Shown one piece after another: positions 54,140 to 64,000 of a stretch of 64,000 nt of DNA. The translations under genes and the position numbers were made by a program. Source of the stretch: Tetramitus jugosus. Its lineage: Eukaryota > Protista > Heterolobosea. How positions within the stretch are numbered: position 1 is the stretch's first letter; each line of letters begins with the position of its first letter. The notes below the pieces were generated by a model that did no database searches, was not told the origin of the DNA, and worked only from the letters and a program-made list of their open reading frames with translations. The stretch covers positions 1-64,000 of the forward strand of contig OW569374.1 in assembly GCA_937625935.1 (NCBI GenBank), read 5' to 3'.

Positions 54140-55670
54140 ATGACTACAATGGAGACAAATGACACAACTACAACGACAAGCACACCTGCTGTCATGAGAA
54201 ACAACTTTAAGCAAACGGCTCCTCAGATACATGGTGAGCCTTACACTCCACTTCATTCATCAATCTCGACCAACACCAACACCAACAACAAGAAGAAGAA
54301 GCAGAGTAGTAGCACTATCAATCGTAACAACAACAATAGTGCTCAACAAAATCGATCAAGACCAGAATCGAATCGTCATTCTTCACCATCACCCCATTCC
54401 ACACCACAGAAGAGTGCGAATGCCACTGCTGCTGCTGCACAACAAACGTGTACTGGAAACACGAGTGGAACAGAGTCTAATCACAGCAGTGATCGAGCTC
54501 TCAAGAAGAACAAGAAAACAAAACTGAGCAAGAAAAAGAAAAAAATTAATTTACAACAGGTCGGTGGCGCCCAAACCCAAAATTCCGTTCACGTGCGAGC
54601 CATATCTCCGCCACCTGTAGAGTACCGCTTCTCTCCATCGGTCCAGTCATTAGAGGAGGATCAGCACCAATTTGAAGAGGTGCTAGAAGGGGATACAGAG
54701 ACACAATGGCAAGATATAGAGAGTGAATCCATGGTCAATTCTCTGTATGTTACACCTGGAGAAGGCACTGGTAGCCCTTCGTATCAACCCAGGTCAGCAT
54801 ACACGGTTTTTGTTGGTGGTATATCCTACAAGGCCGATGAGGATAATTTGAAACAGTTCTTTGACCAGTATGGAGAGGTTGTTGAAGTGAAGCTCATTAG
54901 AGACAAGAATAATGCCAATCAATCGAAAGGGTATGTCTTTTTCAGTTCGTCTCCTTGTAGCTTCACGTGTGGTAGCTACCACATCTTTGTGTTTTGCCGT
55001 TGTTTGTTTGATGAATGTACTAACCAAAATTTGGTGTTAACTTTATTAGATATGGATTTGTAATGTTTAGAGAGATAGCTCAGGCTGAAGCTGTGAAGCG
55101 ACAACACTCGCTCTTCTTTATGGGCAAAACGGTATGAAGATTCTGTCTTTTATTTATTCTGTTCATGTATTCAAGTCGAAACTAACTTTGTACGAACATA
55201 CCGTAAATTGTTTGATACATTAGATGAATGTTGGTGATGCTTTCAAAGGTGGATCAAATGGACGACCATCGATCAATCATCCCAATGCTCACAACCTATT
55301 GTACATTCCATCGAACAATGGCTACTATCCAGGATCTTACTTTAACCCTCACCATCTCCAACAGCCACCACAGCAACCTCAGCAGTTTATGCCGCATCAT
55401 TTGACTCCCTTGTCTCCACAACAACAGCAGCAAATTCACCAACAACCAGCTGCAGCCATGTCCACCTTCATGTATCCACCACCCTATCACATGTACAACT
55501 ATTCTTCCATGTATTATTCGCAACAGGTGACAAGTGTACAATCGCCATCTCCTTCACAGTCACCACCGCAAGCACCCTCATACGCATATGTTGCTCCTCA
55601 TGTCTGGACTCCAATACAACAGCAGCAACAACAACAGCAGCAATACTCTTCCCATTATGCCCAAGAATAA
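54140..55670 (+). CDS. Single-RRM RNA-binding protein, Boule/DAZ-like RRM, P/Q/Y-rich tail (3 exons)
   Basis: Introns 54931-55049 and 55132-55223 (GTATG...TAG, CTAAC branch) restore VFVGGI...SKGYGFVMF...MNVGDA. Confidence 0.82.
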
Positions 55671-55776
55671 CAAAGTCTATTCTCTGAGGGGTTGTGACCA
55701 AATGGAGTCGTGCTGTTGTATGAAAACCACATAATAAATGTTATTTCATCTGTCAATTTACATAATAAAAACTTGT

Positions 55777-57306
55777 TTATTGGATTGTTGTTTCTGCTTG
55801 AGTTGCTGCTCGAGCTGCACGTCTCTTTCTGATATGACCCCAGATGGACACAAGCGTCAAGAGGATAGTACTAATGTTGTTCAGGATGTAGAGCACAATA
55901 TTCACCTTGAGATATTGACCATCGAGACGATGCTCCACATATGCATTCAATCCTCCTGCTGAGAATGCAGTCAATCCTGAAATGCTGAGTCCAACACAAA
56001 ACACTGTGAATGAACTCTGGGCAGGATAAACAGCCAAAATGTGATCCAACACCACAATGAACAATGCGACACGCCATAAGACGAACATCACAAATGTTAC
56101 ATATTGCAGGTTCGAGTTTGGTATCAAAGAAGTAATGCTCCATGTAATGTTGAGTCCAACCAGAATCAAAAACGAGACATAGGGTCTATCTGCAAAGAAT
56201 CCCTTGACATATCCGAGTAGAACGGCACCAGCAGTGCCAATCACAGGCAAAAAGACGGACAACACTGTGATTTGAGTGGCAATTGTGTGAGGATTCGACG
56301 TAATGTTCATCAACTGTTCAGTCACAGTAGACAAGTAGAATGTCTGTGTATAGATTCCTGTTGCCAATAGGAAATAAATACAGATCAACTCCAATCCAAA
56401 GCTCTGATAGAGACCTTGGAAGTATGCGCGTGCATAATTGCGGAGTCGAGTGGTACGAGATAGTACTTGCTCAGCCACTTCTTCTTCCTCTTCTTTGCTT
56501 GCAACGAGAGCTTCTCTCTCCTCTCCCTTGCCCACGAATTCAAATGAGAAGGGAACATGGACGACACAGTAGGGCAGTAGCACTACGAGAACAGTAGAAA
56601 AGTACAAGAACATTTCCATCATTGAGATCTTGGTCTTAAAGTAAATGAGATTGAATATGAGAGCAACCAGAGTCGATAAATCCCACGTGGCATTCAATAT
56701 AGCAACAATCATGGATCCCTCTCTCTCCGATCTCGCATAACCTCTCAATCTCATGAGATTCATGTTCATCACAGCACCACACAGAACGAGAGCCAACGAG
56801 GATGGAATAAACATGTCCACTCGTTTGATCTTGGGCGCAAGAGCAAACATGATACAACCCGCGCCCCAAATAATACTATTGACAACCATGAGAGATCTAG
56901 GATAGACACCAAATGCATCGACAAGGAAACCTATGATAATGGCACCACCATTGGCACCTGCAGGTGTTGTTTGACCCAAAAAATTAAGTCTCAGGTTCTG
57001 CTTCTCGCACAAGGGAACTGCAGTCATGTTTTTGGGGCGAATTTGACCACCAAATTTCGAGCTGACAGCACTGACAAGTGACAGATAGTCCATTTCAAAC
57101 CATGGGTATGCTCCTAACCTTGGTATCATGGCTCTTGTCGTATTTACAGGTGGTTCATGGCATAGATCACTGTACAGACCTTCGTTAATAAAGATGGGTT
57201 TCAAGGCAGGATAGGCAAAGAAAAATCCACTGGTCAAAAACAGGAAAAAAGCACCGGCGAGGACACGAGGCCACAGAGAGGCCACGGGTGACTTTAGGCG
57301 CTGCAT
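55777..57306 (-). CDS. MFS transporter, SLC43/FMP42-like
   Basis: SGFFFAYPALKPIFINEGLYSDLC, CEKQNLRLN, IGFLVD; about 12 TM segments. Confidence 0.8.
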   Translation of the reverse strand: MQRLKSPVASLWPRVLAGAFFLFLTSGFFFAYPALKPIFINEGLYSDLCHEPPVNTTRAMIPRLGAYPWFEMDYLSLVSAVSSKFGGQIRPKNMTAVPLCEKQNLRLNFLGQTTPAGANGGAIIIGFLVDAFGVYPRSLMVVNSIIWGAGCIMFALAPKIKRVDMFIPSSLALVLCGAVMNMNLMRLRGYARSEREGSMIVAILNATWDLSTLVALIFNLIYFKTKISMMEMFLYFSTVLVVLLPYCVVHVPFSFEFVGKGEEREALVASKEEEEEVAEQVLSRTTRLRNYARAYFQGLYQSFGLELICIYFLLATGIYTQTFYLSTVTEQLMNITSNPHTIATQITVLSVFLPVIGTAGAVLLGYVKGFFADRPYVSFLILVGLNITWSITSLIPNSNLQYVTFVMFVLWRVALFIVVLDHILAVYPAQSSFTVFCVGLSISGLTAFSAGGLNAYVEHRLDGQYLKVNIVLYILNNISTILLTLVSIWGHIRKRRAARAATQAETTIQ

Positions 57307-57569
57307 TTCTCGTTTGTTGTTGTTTGTTGTTGTGTTGCTTTCGTTTTTTGTAATGTTTTTTTGGTGTTTCAGATCAACTTGTGGGCGCGGAAATACGAAC
57401 GGCTTTCGATATTTTTTGACACTCGCGTGATTGGGGCCAAGCAGCACCACAGTTCTTGCGAGAAATGGTGTTCAAAGCTGAATGGCCGAAGTTTGATAGC
57501 AATTCACATGTGTCCCGTGAGCAATTGCACAAGATCCTTCCTCTGAAGGCTGTTGGGTTTCTTCTACAC

Positions 57570-58060
57570 CATTCGATTGCCTAAGCTCAATCAACTGGAC
57601 TACGTCTAGCTTTCCACTTTGAATTCAGCTGTCAAAAGAGCTTAAAACTAGTATATAAAATTATTCGCTGCAAGATTAATTTGATCGTTGTAGCCCAACA
57701 ATTTTATGGTCTCCAAGTTCCGGTATTCGCCATTGTGCTGACTGCATACACTAATGAATTCTTTGTTCAACAACTCTGGTAGGTAGCTTGGATGATCCAG
57801 TAGTAGCTTTACCAAAGGTGTCCGGTAGCATTTCCTTGGTCAGGCGAACGGGTTTGTATACAATGGAATTGTAACATTGCCAGCGTTACTCGCCAGGAAC
57901 TTAGGACTTTCGTGCACGCCAATAGTCTTACTTTCTTCGTCCGATAAACAGAGTGGATGCCTCAATCGGAGAGCCAAAGCTCTATTGGATGATTCGCTTC
58001 TCTCAACTTTGAATCGGCTGGAGTAGATTCTGGTCTTGGATTGGTCATTTCGGCTCATTT
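57570..58060 (-). pseudogene. Ankyrin-repeat pseudogene
   Basis: Fragments LVKLLLDHP, NLETIKLL..DQINLAANN and SGKLDVVQLI across broken frames. Confidence 0.5.
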
Positions 58061-58270
58061 TCTTTCAGCTCATGATTTTCCGTCGCTTGTATTTTGATTT
58101 TGATTCCAACCAACTTGCCAAAAGAGGAACATCCGATAAAAAGTCCTGTGGAGAAACGGCCGATCTCCATGCTGGCGGTTAGGTGCACTGTTCTTTCAAG
58201 TACAATCATAGACTTTTATCAAACAAATCAACCGCACCATCGTCAATACTATCCAAGAACCAGTCACAGT

Positions 58271-58927
58271 ATGAAACCGTTATTAAGAGTATTGATAAGC
58301 ACATTTTTGTTGCTGCTTCTGTTCATTCATCAACAGAAACAGTTCACTCTGGGACAGCAACTAATATCCTTTGGTCAGAGTATTCGATATGATCCAACAT
58401 CTGGTCCTGCATCATACAAGTTGAGCTTGACTGGGGATCGATTTGTACAGTTTGATATAAATTCTGCCAGTGGACTTGCTTTCAGGTTCAATATCGCAAG
58501 GTTGGATCAAAATCCTTTTAATTCATCCTCTGCTCCAGACAATTTAAATGAGTTGGGATTCTTCCGATTTGAGATTGAGCTCAACGCACCAGAGTTTTTT
58601 GAAGGAGCTGTTGCTTACAGGTATGAACAAGCAGAATTGATGCATAACGATACATCTGTCAGCGCTATAGTGTATGTTCCAAGTTCAAGGTCATGGCAAG
58701 TCAGAGGAACAACTTCACACAGCACTTCGAATGTGGCATCTGCAGCCGTGAGTAATCAGGATTTTGTTTCCTCCTCGGATATTTTCTTTGGTTTCATTGA
58801 AAACCCTAGCATAGATATTCAAGGAGGTGATTCATCCGACTCCAAATCAGTGCACGACATACGGTCTGGAATATCGATACAACTCTCCTTCATGATCATA
58901 CTCGGAGTTTTATTGGCGGTGTTTTGA
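58271..58927 (+). CDS. Secreted, probably GPI- or tail-anchored surface protein
   Basis: Signal peptide MKPLLRVLISTFLLLLLFI, beta-rich core, S/D spacer and hydrophobic C-terminus. Confidence 0.7.
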   Translation: MKPLLRVLISTFLLLLLFIHQQKQFTLGQQLISFGQSIRYDPTSGPASYKLSLTGDRFVQFDINSASGLAFRFNIARLDQNPFNSSSAPDNLNELGFFRFEIELNAPEFFEGAVAYRYEQAELMHNDTSVSAIVYVPSSRSWQVRGTTSHSTSNVASAAVSNQDFVSSSDIFFGFIENPSIDIQGGDSSDSKSVHDIRSGISIQLSFMIILGVLLAVF

Positions 58928-59113
58928 GGGGAGCATCCCTTTCAAACGTCGAAAGAAAAACCCAAAACAATCGATCTGTTGTCCATATTCCAAGTGTGAC
59001 AACTGCGAACACCTCATCCAACAGGCCATTTGACCTTCACTCGAAGAAAATAAAAAGTAGCCATTCAGTACTGAAACACACAACTTACCAACATACCACC
59101 ACACAACACACAC

Positions 59114-61210
59114 ATGACAAACAATCACAAGGAGAGAGCCAGCCTGGCTGACATTAGTAAACTCAATCAACAACTTCAGAGTCTGTCTCAGCTCACTGCA
59201 GAACAGTCCTTGAAGCGGAACAGAAGACTCTCCACAGCTGCCGACCGCTATCTTGCAGTCGGGAGTTTGATGAAAATGTCCGACAGCCTCCTGTTGTCGC
59301 CTACGACGTCGGCGGATGACGACGATGAAACAGCCACTTCCACAGAAGCTTTCGATGATTGCGCGAGTGAAATGGAAGAGTCAATCTCGAAGACGAGTCC
59401 CATGACGACGATCACATTGACCATCAATGATGGACCACAGAATACAAAAAATAATCAGGCGGGAGAAGAATCAACAACAACTACGGCGGCAGTCATTGAT
59501 TTTCATCATTGTCCATCGCATTGGACAGAAAATGATTTGCTCAGTGCGATCAAAGAATGGGTCAAAGCTCAAGAGCTTCAGTTACAACAAGTTGATTTTA
59601 CAAAGCAGTTGCTAGAGAGCAGAAGATCATGCACGTTGCTTCACACTGCTGCTCGCCTCAACTACATTCAGCTCATGCAATACTTGATTGAGCTACAACC
59701 AGAGCTCGTTGACTCCCATGATCAATCACAAGCTACTCCATTGTTCTATGCTTGTGCTGCTGCCAATGTTGACGCTGTTCGTGTGCTTGCCATGAACGCT
59801 GCTCAGCTCAATGTGCACGATAGCTACGAAGCTTCTCCACTGAGCGTCTCACTCAACGGCAAAAACAAATTGGACGGATTTCAAGTCGCAAAGCTCCTCA
59901 GGGATTTGCACGTGGACATTGAGTTCAAAATCTATGGTAGTAACACCATTTTGCACATGGCTTGCAAGGAAGGTGACTTGGACAAGGTTCGTTTCATTGT
60001 TGAAGAGCTAAAGCACAACATTTTCAGGAAGGATACGAGAGAAGAGTCCATCTTGTTTAGAGCGGTCAAACACGAGCACATTTGCAAGTTTTTACTCCAG
60101 TATTGTCATGCTGTGATTGGTCACTCAAAGGTTTACAAGCTCGTTGCCATGAAAAATGATCAAAAGAGAACAGTGATTCATCACTGCTGTGCCAGAGGTT
60201 ATCTCACCAGTTTGTTGCACATTATTGACAATATGAGTCAGAATGAGCACGAGCATCAGAGATTGGAAGAGTTGTTCAATGAGGGAGATGGTACGTTTGG
60301 TCTCACCCCGCTTCACATTTCCATTCTGTCCAACAATGAAGCTATTTTCTCATTGTTGATTAGAGCACGTGAGATTCAGTTGGAGAAGCAGAATGCTAAG
60401 GGAGATACGGCACTTCACATTGCGATTCGTCAACACAGACTCACCTATGTCCAGGAGCTCTATCATTTGTATAGCAAGAGTGGTCTTCAACTGAAGAATG
60501 ATCAGAAGAGAACGATTCCACAAATGGCAAAGGAGTACGATGTCGATCTGAAGAAACTGGAGAAGGAACTAGAGGAGAACAATGGTGGACTAGAGAAGGA
60601 AAGCTTTTGGAAATCATTGTTGCCCAATCCAATGCGACGAAAGAAGTCTGGAACGAACAGTATCGGCAAGAAGAGTACCATGTCTCATCAGGAGAAGAAT
60701 AAGAGATTGAGTCAAAAGAGAGCCTCCGGCAATATGAATGAATCGGCTAATGTCGCAATGGAGAGTCGATCAGCACTGATTAACATGTCATGGGATCCCA
60801 GCGATTATGCTGTTGGTAATGATTTGATTGACAGTGAACATGCAGTGCTAATTGGTTTGCTCAAGGATTTGAGTGATGTGGCATTGACATCTGATAGTCA
60901 TTGGGTTGTTGGTTATGTGATTGGATGTTGTGCAGAGTACACAGAAACGCACTTTAGAGATGAGGAGGAGATCATGAGCAAGTACAAGAAGGGGTTGGGC
61001 GAATCGTATACAAAGCACTTGGAACAGCACGAAATGTTTACTCAGAAGATTAAACAAGTTCACAGAGAGTATCTCAAGAGTCACTCTGCCAGTTTGGATA
61101 TTGAGTTATTGAACTATCTGGTCGATTGGTTAGTGAAGCACATTAACTTTACGGACAGAAAGCTTGTTGAGTTCACAAAGACTCATCAACCAGACGAGGC
61201 TAACACTTAG
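59114..61210 (+). CDS. Ankyrin-repeat + hemerythrin fusion protein
   Basis: TLLHTAA, TPLFYAC, TILHMAC, TPLHIS, TALHIA repeats. C-terminal W..DY.VG..IDSEH, HFRDEE, HLEQH, WLVKHINFTD. Confidence 0.9.
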   Translation: MTNNHKERASLADISKLNQQLQSLSQLTAEQSLKRNRRLSTAADRYLAVGSLMKMSDSLLLSPTTSADDDDETATSTEAFDDCASEMEESISKTSPMTTITLTINDGPQNTKNNQAGEESTTTTAAVIDFHHCPSHWTENDLLSAIKEWVKAQELQLQQVDFTKQLLESRRSCTLLHTAARLNYIQLMQYLIELQPELVDSHDQSQATPLFYACAAANVDAVRVLAMNAAQLNVHDSYEASPLSVSLNGKNKLDGFQVAKLLRDLHVDIEFKIYGSNTILHMACKEGDLDKVRFIVEELKHNIFRKDTREESILFRAVKHEHICKFLLQYCHAVIGHSKVYKLVAMKNDQKRTVIHHCCARGYLTSLLHIIDNMSQNEHEHQRLEELFNEGDGTFGLTPLHISILSNNEAIFSLLIRAREIQLEKQNAKGDTALHIAIRQHRLTYVQELYHLYSKSGLQLKNDQKRTIPQMAKEYDVDLKKLEKELEENNGGLEKESFWKSLLPNPMRRKKSGTNSIGKKSTMSHQEKNKRLSQKRASGNMNESANVAMESRSALINMSWDPSDYAVGNDLIDSEHAVLIGLLKDLSDVALTSDSHWVVGYVIGCCAEYTETHFRDEEEIMSKYKKGLGESYTKHLEQHEMFTQKIKQVHREYLKSHSASLDIELLNYLVDWLVKHINFTDRKLVEFTKTHQPDEANT

Positions 61211-61502
61211 TTGGTTCTCTTGGACCAAACATGGAGGTTCCTTTTCGGGGAAGTAAAATATAAGGTTCAAGTCATGTGTCAAGTTGTTTAGGGACAAACC
61301 CCCATTCGTGTTGCCTTTCTTGAATCTTCTTTTTTGTAAGAGAAGGGATCATGGTCAACTTGTTGTGAATCGTTCTGAATATCAGCAAACCAAACAAAAA
61401 TGAACTAACTAATCACGCTAATACAAACGGATGAGGATACAATCATCAGTCGTTTAGTAGAAGAAGAGAGGGCAAACTCTTGGGACGGCAAGCAAATTTA
61501 AT

Positions 61503-62603
61503 TCAAAGACATTCATTTGCTTCACTGTTTTGCACGACAAGCTTCAGATTGTCTATCTGGGATGTTTCAACATTTGTAGTTGTTGACACTGGCTCTTCTC
61601 CCTGTGGCTCTTCGAATGTCTTTGGTTCTTCTACCATTTCGACAACCGTACCACTCTCTGGACATTGTTCATCCTTCTCTATTACCTTATCTTGTTTAAG
61701 GTCCTTTGGTTTCTTTGCTTTGAAACACTTGCCGATCCTCTCATGGAATATGAGGCAAACAACAAATGAGATCATACACTCTGATATGTGCGAGATGATA
61801 AAGTTGATATGACCTCTTGTTAGCACACCTGTCATTGCAACAAAGTAAGCCGGAATTCTGAGCACCAACAGAACAAACACACAGCCAAAGAGAAGGAGAA
61901 CTCTCTTGAGTGCATTCTTTGAACATGCCAAGTACAAGGCATGAACACCCACTCTCAATGCCAGTATTCCAAAGAACAATCCAGCCAAAAATATGTAGAG
62001 ACTCATGAGTGAGAAGAAGGTGTAAGATGCTGGGTCTGAGATCTTCGTGGCAAACAACACAAAGAATAGAAATGATATGTTTGTCACAACAGTTACAAGG
62101 ATCAATAACGATCCAATGGTATACAGTAGATATGACATCTTTCGACCAACCAATCCAATAGCAACCAAAACCTTGATGAAGAGGAGACAGAGAGCCAAAA
62201 TGAGAGCAATGGGGAAAATGTATGAAATGGTTCGAATTCCAACAAACGCATCTTGTAAAGCCAGAAACTTCTTCAGTTGTTTGGGATCTCTGTAATTGAA
62301 CGTCTGGTACACCCTGGCGAGACGAACAGCAGACGATACAATACACAGAATGTTGAAAATGATACACAGGATGAAAATAGGGAGTCTGTTCCACTTCTTC
62401 CTGTAGATGATGGGCACCAAGACAGCAAGTGTCACCAGTAATCCAATGGAATAGATGATTAGGAAGAGAGGGGTGGAAACCTTATCAGTCATTTTCTTTC
62501 TGAGATCTGCTGCAGTGGCTCCTTGAGCCGGACGAGTACTGTTTCCTCCTGAAGAATTAGTGGCCATAATCCACAGAAGTGTGTCCAAAGAGTCGTATGA
62601 CAT
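61503..62603 (-). CDS. Seven-TM membrane protein (GPCR-like)
   Basis: Seven hydrophobic helices, N-terminal NSS/NST sequons, acidic C-tail. Confidence 0.7.
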   Translation of the reverse strand: MSYDSLDTLLWIMATNSSGGNSTRPAQGATAADLRKKMTDKVSTPLFLIIYSIGLLVTLAVLVPIIYRKKWNRLPIFILCIIFNILCIVSSAVRLARVYQTFNYRDPKQLKKFLALQDAFVGIRTISYIFPIALILALCLLFIKVLVAIGLVGRKMSYLLYTIGSLLILVTVVTNISFLFFVLFATKISDPASYTFFSLMSLYIFLAGLFFGILALRVGVHALYLACSKNALKRVLLLFGCVFVLLVLRIPAYFVAMTGVLTRGHINFIISHISECMISFVVCLIFHERIGKCFKAKKPKDLKQDKVIEKDEQCPESGTVVEMVEEPKTFEEPQGEEPVSTTTNVETSQIDNLKLVVQNSEANECL

Positions 62604-62869
62604 GGTTTTGTCGTTTTTTGATGTTCTTCAGACCGTTAACTCAAGTATATAATGAGAGAGAATAAATCCTGAACGATGGTGACCTTGCGGTATTCAGCTC
62701 TGGGGTATCGTCAATTATATCTTGATGTTGACAATTAGGGTTACCTATACCGGATGTCGATGCACTAATCTCACATTCCGAATCAAGGGAGAGGGACGGA
62801 AAGGGCTCACCAATCAGGACGACAGCTCATCAAAGTAATTCGAGGAAAAGCTCAAAGGACGGATCTTCT

Positions 62870-64000
62870 TTATTTTGAGTCATATTGAGTTGTTATGACA
62901 GGAAAGGCATTCTGTTTGCTGAGAACCATGACACCATGACTGTGTGACAAGTATCCCTTGATGTATCCATGGTAGAGAAGGGAGGACAGGATGCATTCCA
63001 CTTCGGCAATATCAATGTCCTCTACTCCCAGGTATCTCAAGCACACAAGGATGTCAACAAATTTAATTTTGAAACTCTTGCGTATCTTTACACAACTGTA
63101 CAAATGAATCAACATCATCATAATTGCTTAGAACATGTCACATACACAACAAACACATAAATAGTCAATACACATACATGAGTCGGAACAAATTCCGATA
63201 TACGATTGTCTTTGCTCGCTCAATAATCAAGAATATACCCTTTCGTATAAAATAGTCCTGATACTCGTCTAATGCATTCTGAAACAGTCTCAAATCTCCT
63301 GTTCGATACGCCTGATTCAAATCGATAAACTCTGTTAATTGATACTTTTCCAATAGATCAAAACTAGGACTCTTGCCACATATCCACTGCACGGGTATCA
63401 AATAATTGAGAATCAGTTTTCTGTTATTGTCTGAAAAGAGACAATTGTTGTACGCGTACAATAGTTTCTCTCTCGCTGTTGAGAAATTGGAGTCGAATAG
63501 AGCAATTCTTCCAGAATAGTACTGATAGGTCACCTTGGCCGACATGTTATACTTTTCAAATGGAGGCATGTTCGGTGCTTCATCAATCGTCTTGATCAAA
63601 TTGTTGCACAATCGAAGCTTGTTGATTCGGAAGTAAATGACAAACAAGTTGTTGGCAATGTCCATAAGCAGCCATCTCTTGGATACGTTGCCCTTCTGTT
63701 GCAGCGATGTTCTGTCTGCTGTGGCAATCTGGAAACATTTCATAATCATACCAGCAGCATTCTCGAGCAGAGAACTTGTTTCTTCTTCGTTGCTGTCGTC
63801 TTGTTGTTCTTGTTGTCGATTCTTGTTTTGTTTTCCCGATTGTTTCATTTGGTTCTCTGCCTATAAGAGAGAGATAGTTGGTGAGTTTACAACAACAAAT
63901 ACAAAAACAATACATTACAATGAAAAAATACAAAAAACAACAACAAAATGCACGTACGAGTATAGCGTATTCTCTCACCATTCGCATCAACAACTTTGCT
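62870..64000 (-). CDS. PCID2: PCI domain-containing protein 2 (PCID2/Thp1/Csn12-like), 3' exons; gene continues beyond the window
   Basis: NNLFVIYFRINKLRLC, VTYQYYSGR, FIRKGIFLIIE, EVECILSSLLYHGYIKGYLSH...VLSKQNAFP. GTATGT intron near 63179. Confidence 0.9.

Noticed and set aside
1-64000. CRISPR arrays, rRNA genes or alternative genetic code
   Set aside because: No repeat-spacer array or rRNA sequence seen. Long conserved ORFs translate cleanly with the standard code and use TAA, TAG and TGA as stops.

Overview
This is the left end of a compact, intron-poor eukaryotic chromosome read in the standard genetic code. The gene content (RGS proteins, RCC1-EGF receptor kinase, hemerythrin fusion, F-box/BTB proteins) suggests a free-living protist, probably heterolobosean/Naegleria-like (inference). 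It opens with an ~890-bp (CCCAAA)n telomere (TTTGGG on the G-strand) and ~5 kb of gene-poor subtelomere carrying an internal telomeric tract and a MITE-like inverted repeat. About 28 tightly packed protein genes follow. An accessory island at ~33.4-39.3 kb is centred on an intact tRNA-Asn(GTT). A decayed APE+RT non-LTR retrotransposon starts ~12 bp upstream of that tRNA and points away from it. A second retroelement fragment sits at the same position upstream of a truncated copy of the same tRNA. Together these suggest a tRNA-gene-targeting LINE family, which is the most interesting signal in the window. Other notable items: a Harbinger/ISL2EU-like element with a microhomology-deleted relic copy, a spliced LRR-(SPX-like?)-SulP fusion, an ankyrin-hemerythrin fusion, and a BTB protein ending in an uncharacterised KPxIYLY-type domain. 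All protein calls come from motif recognition by eye; no database searches were run.
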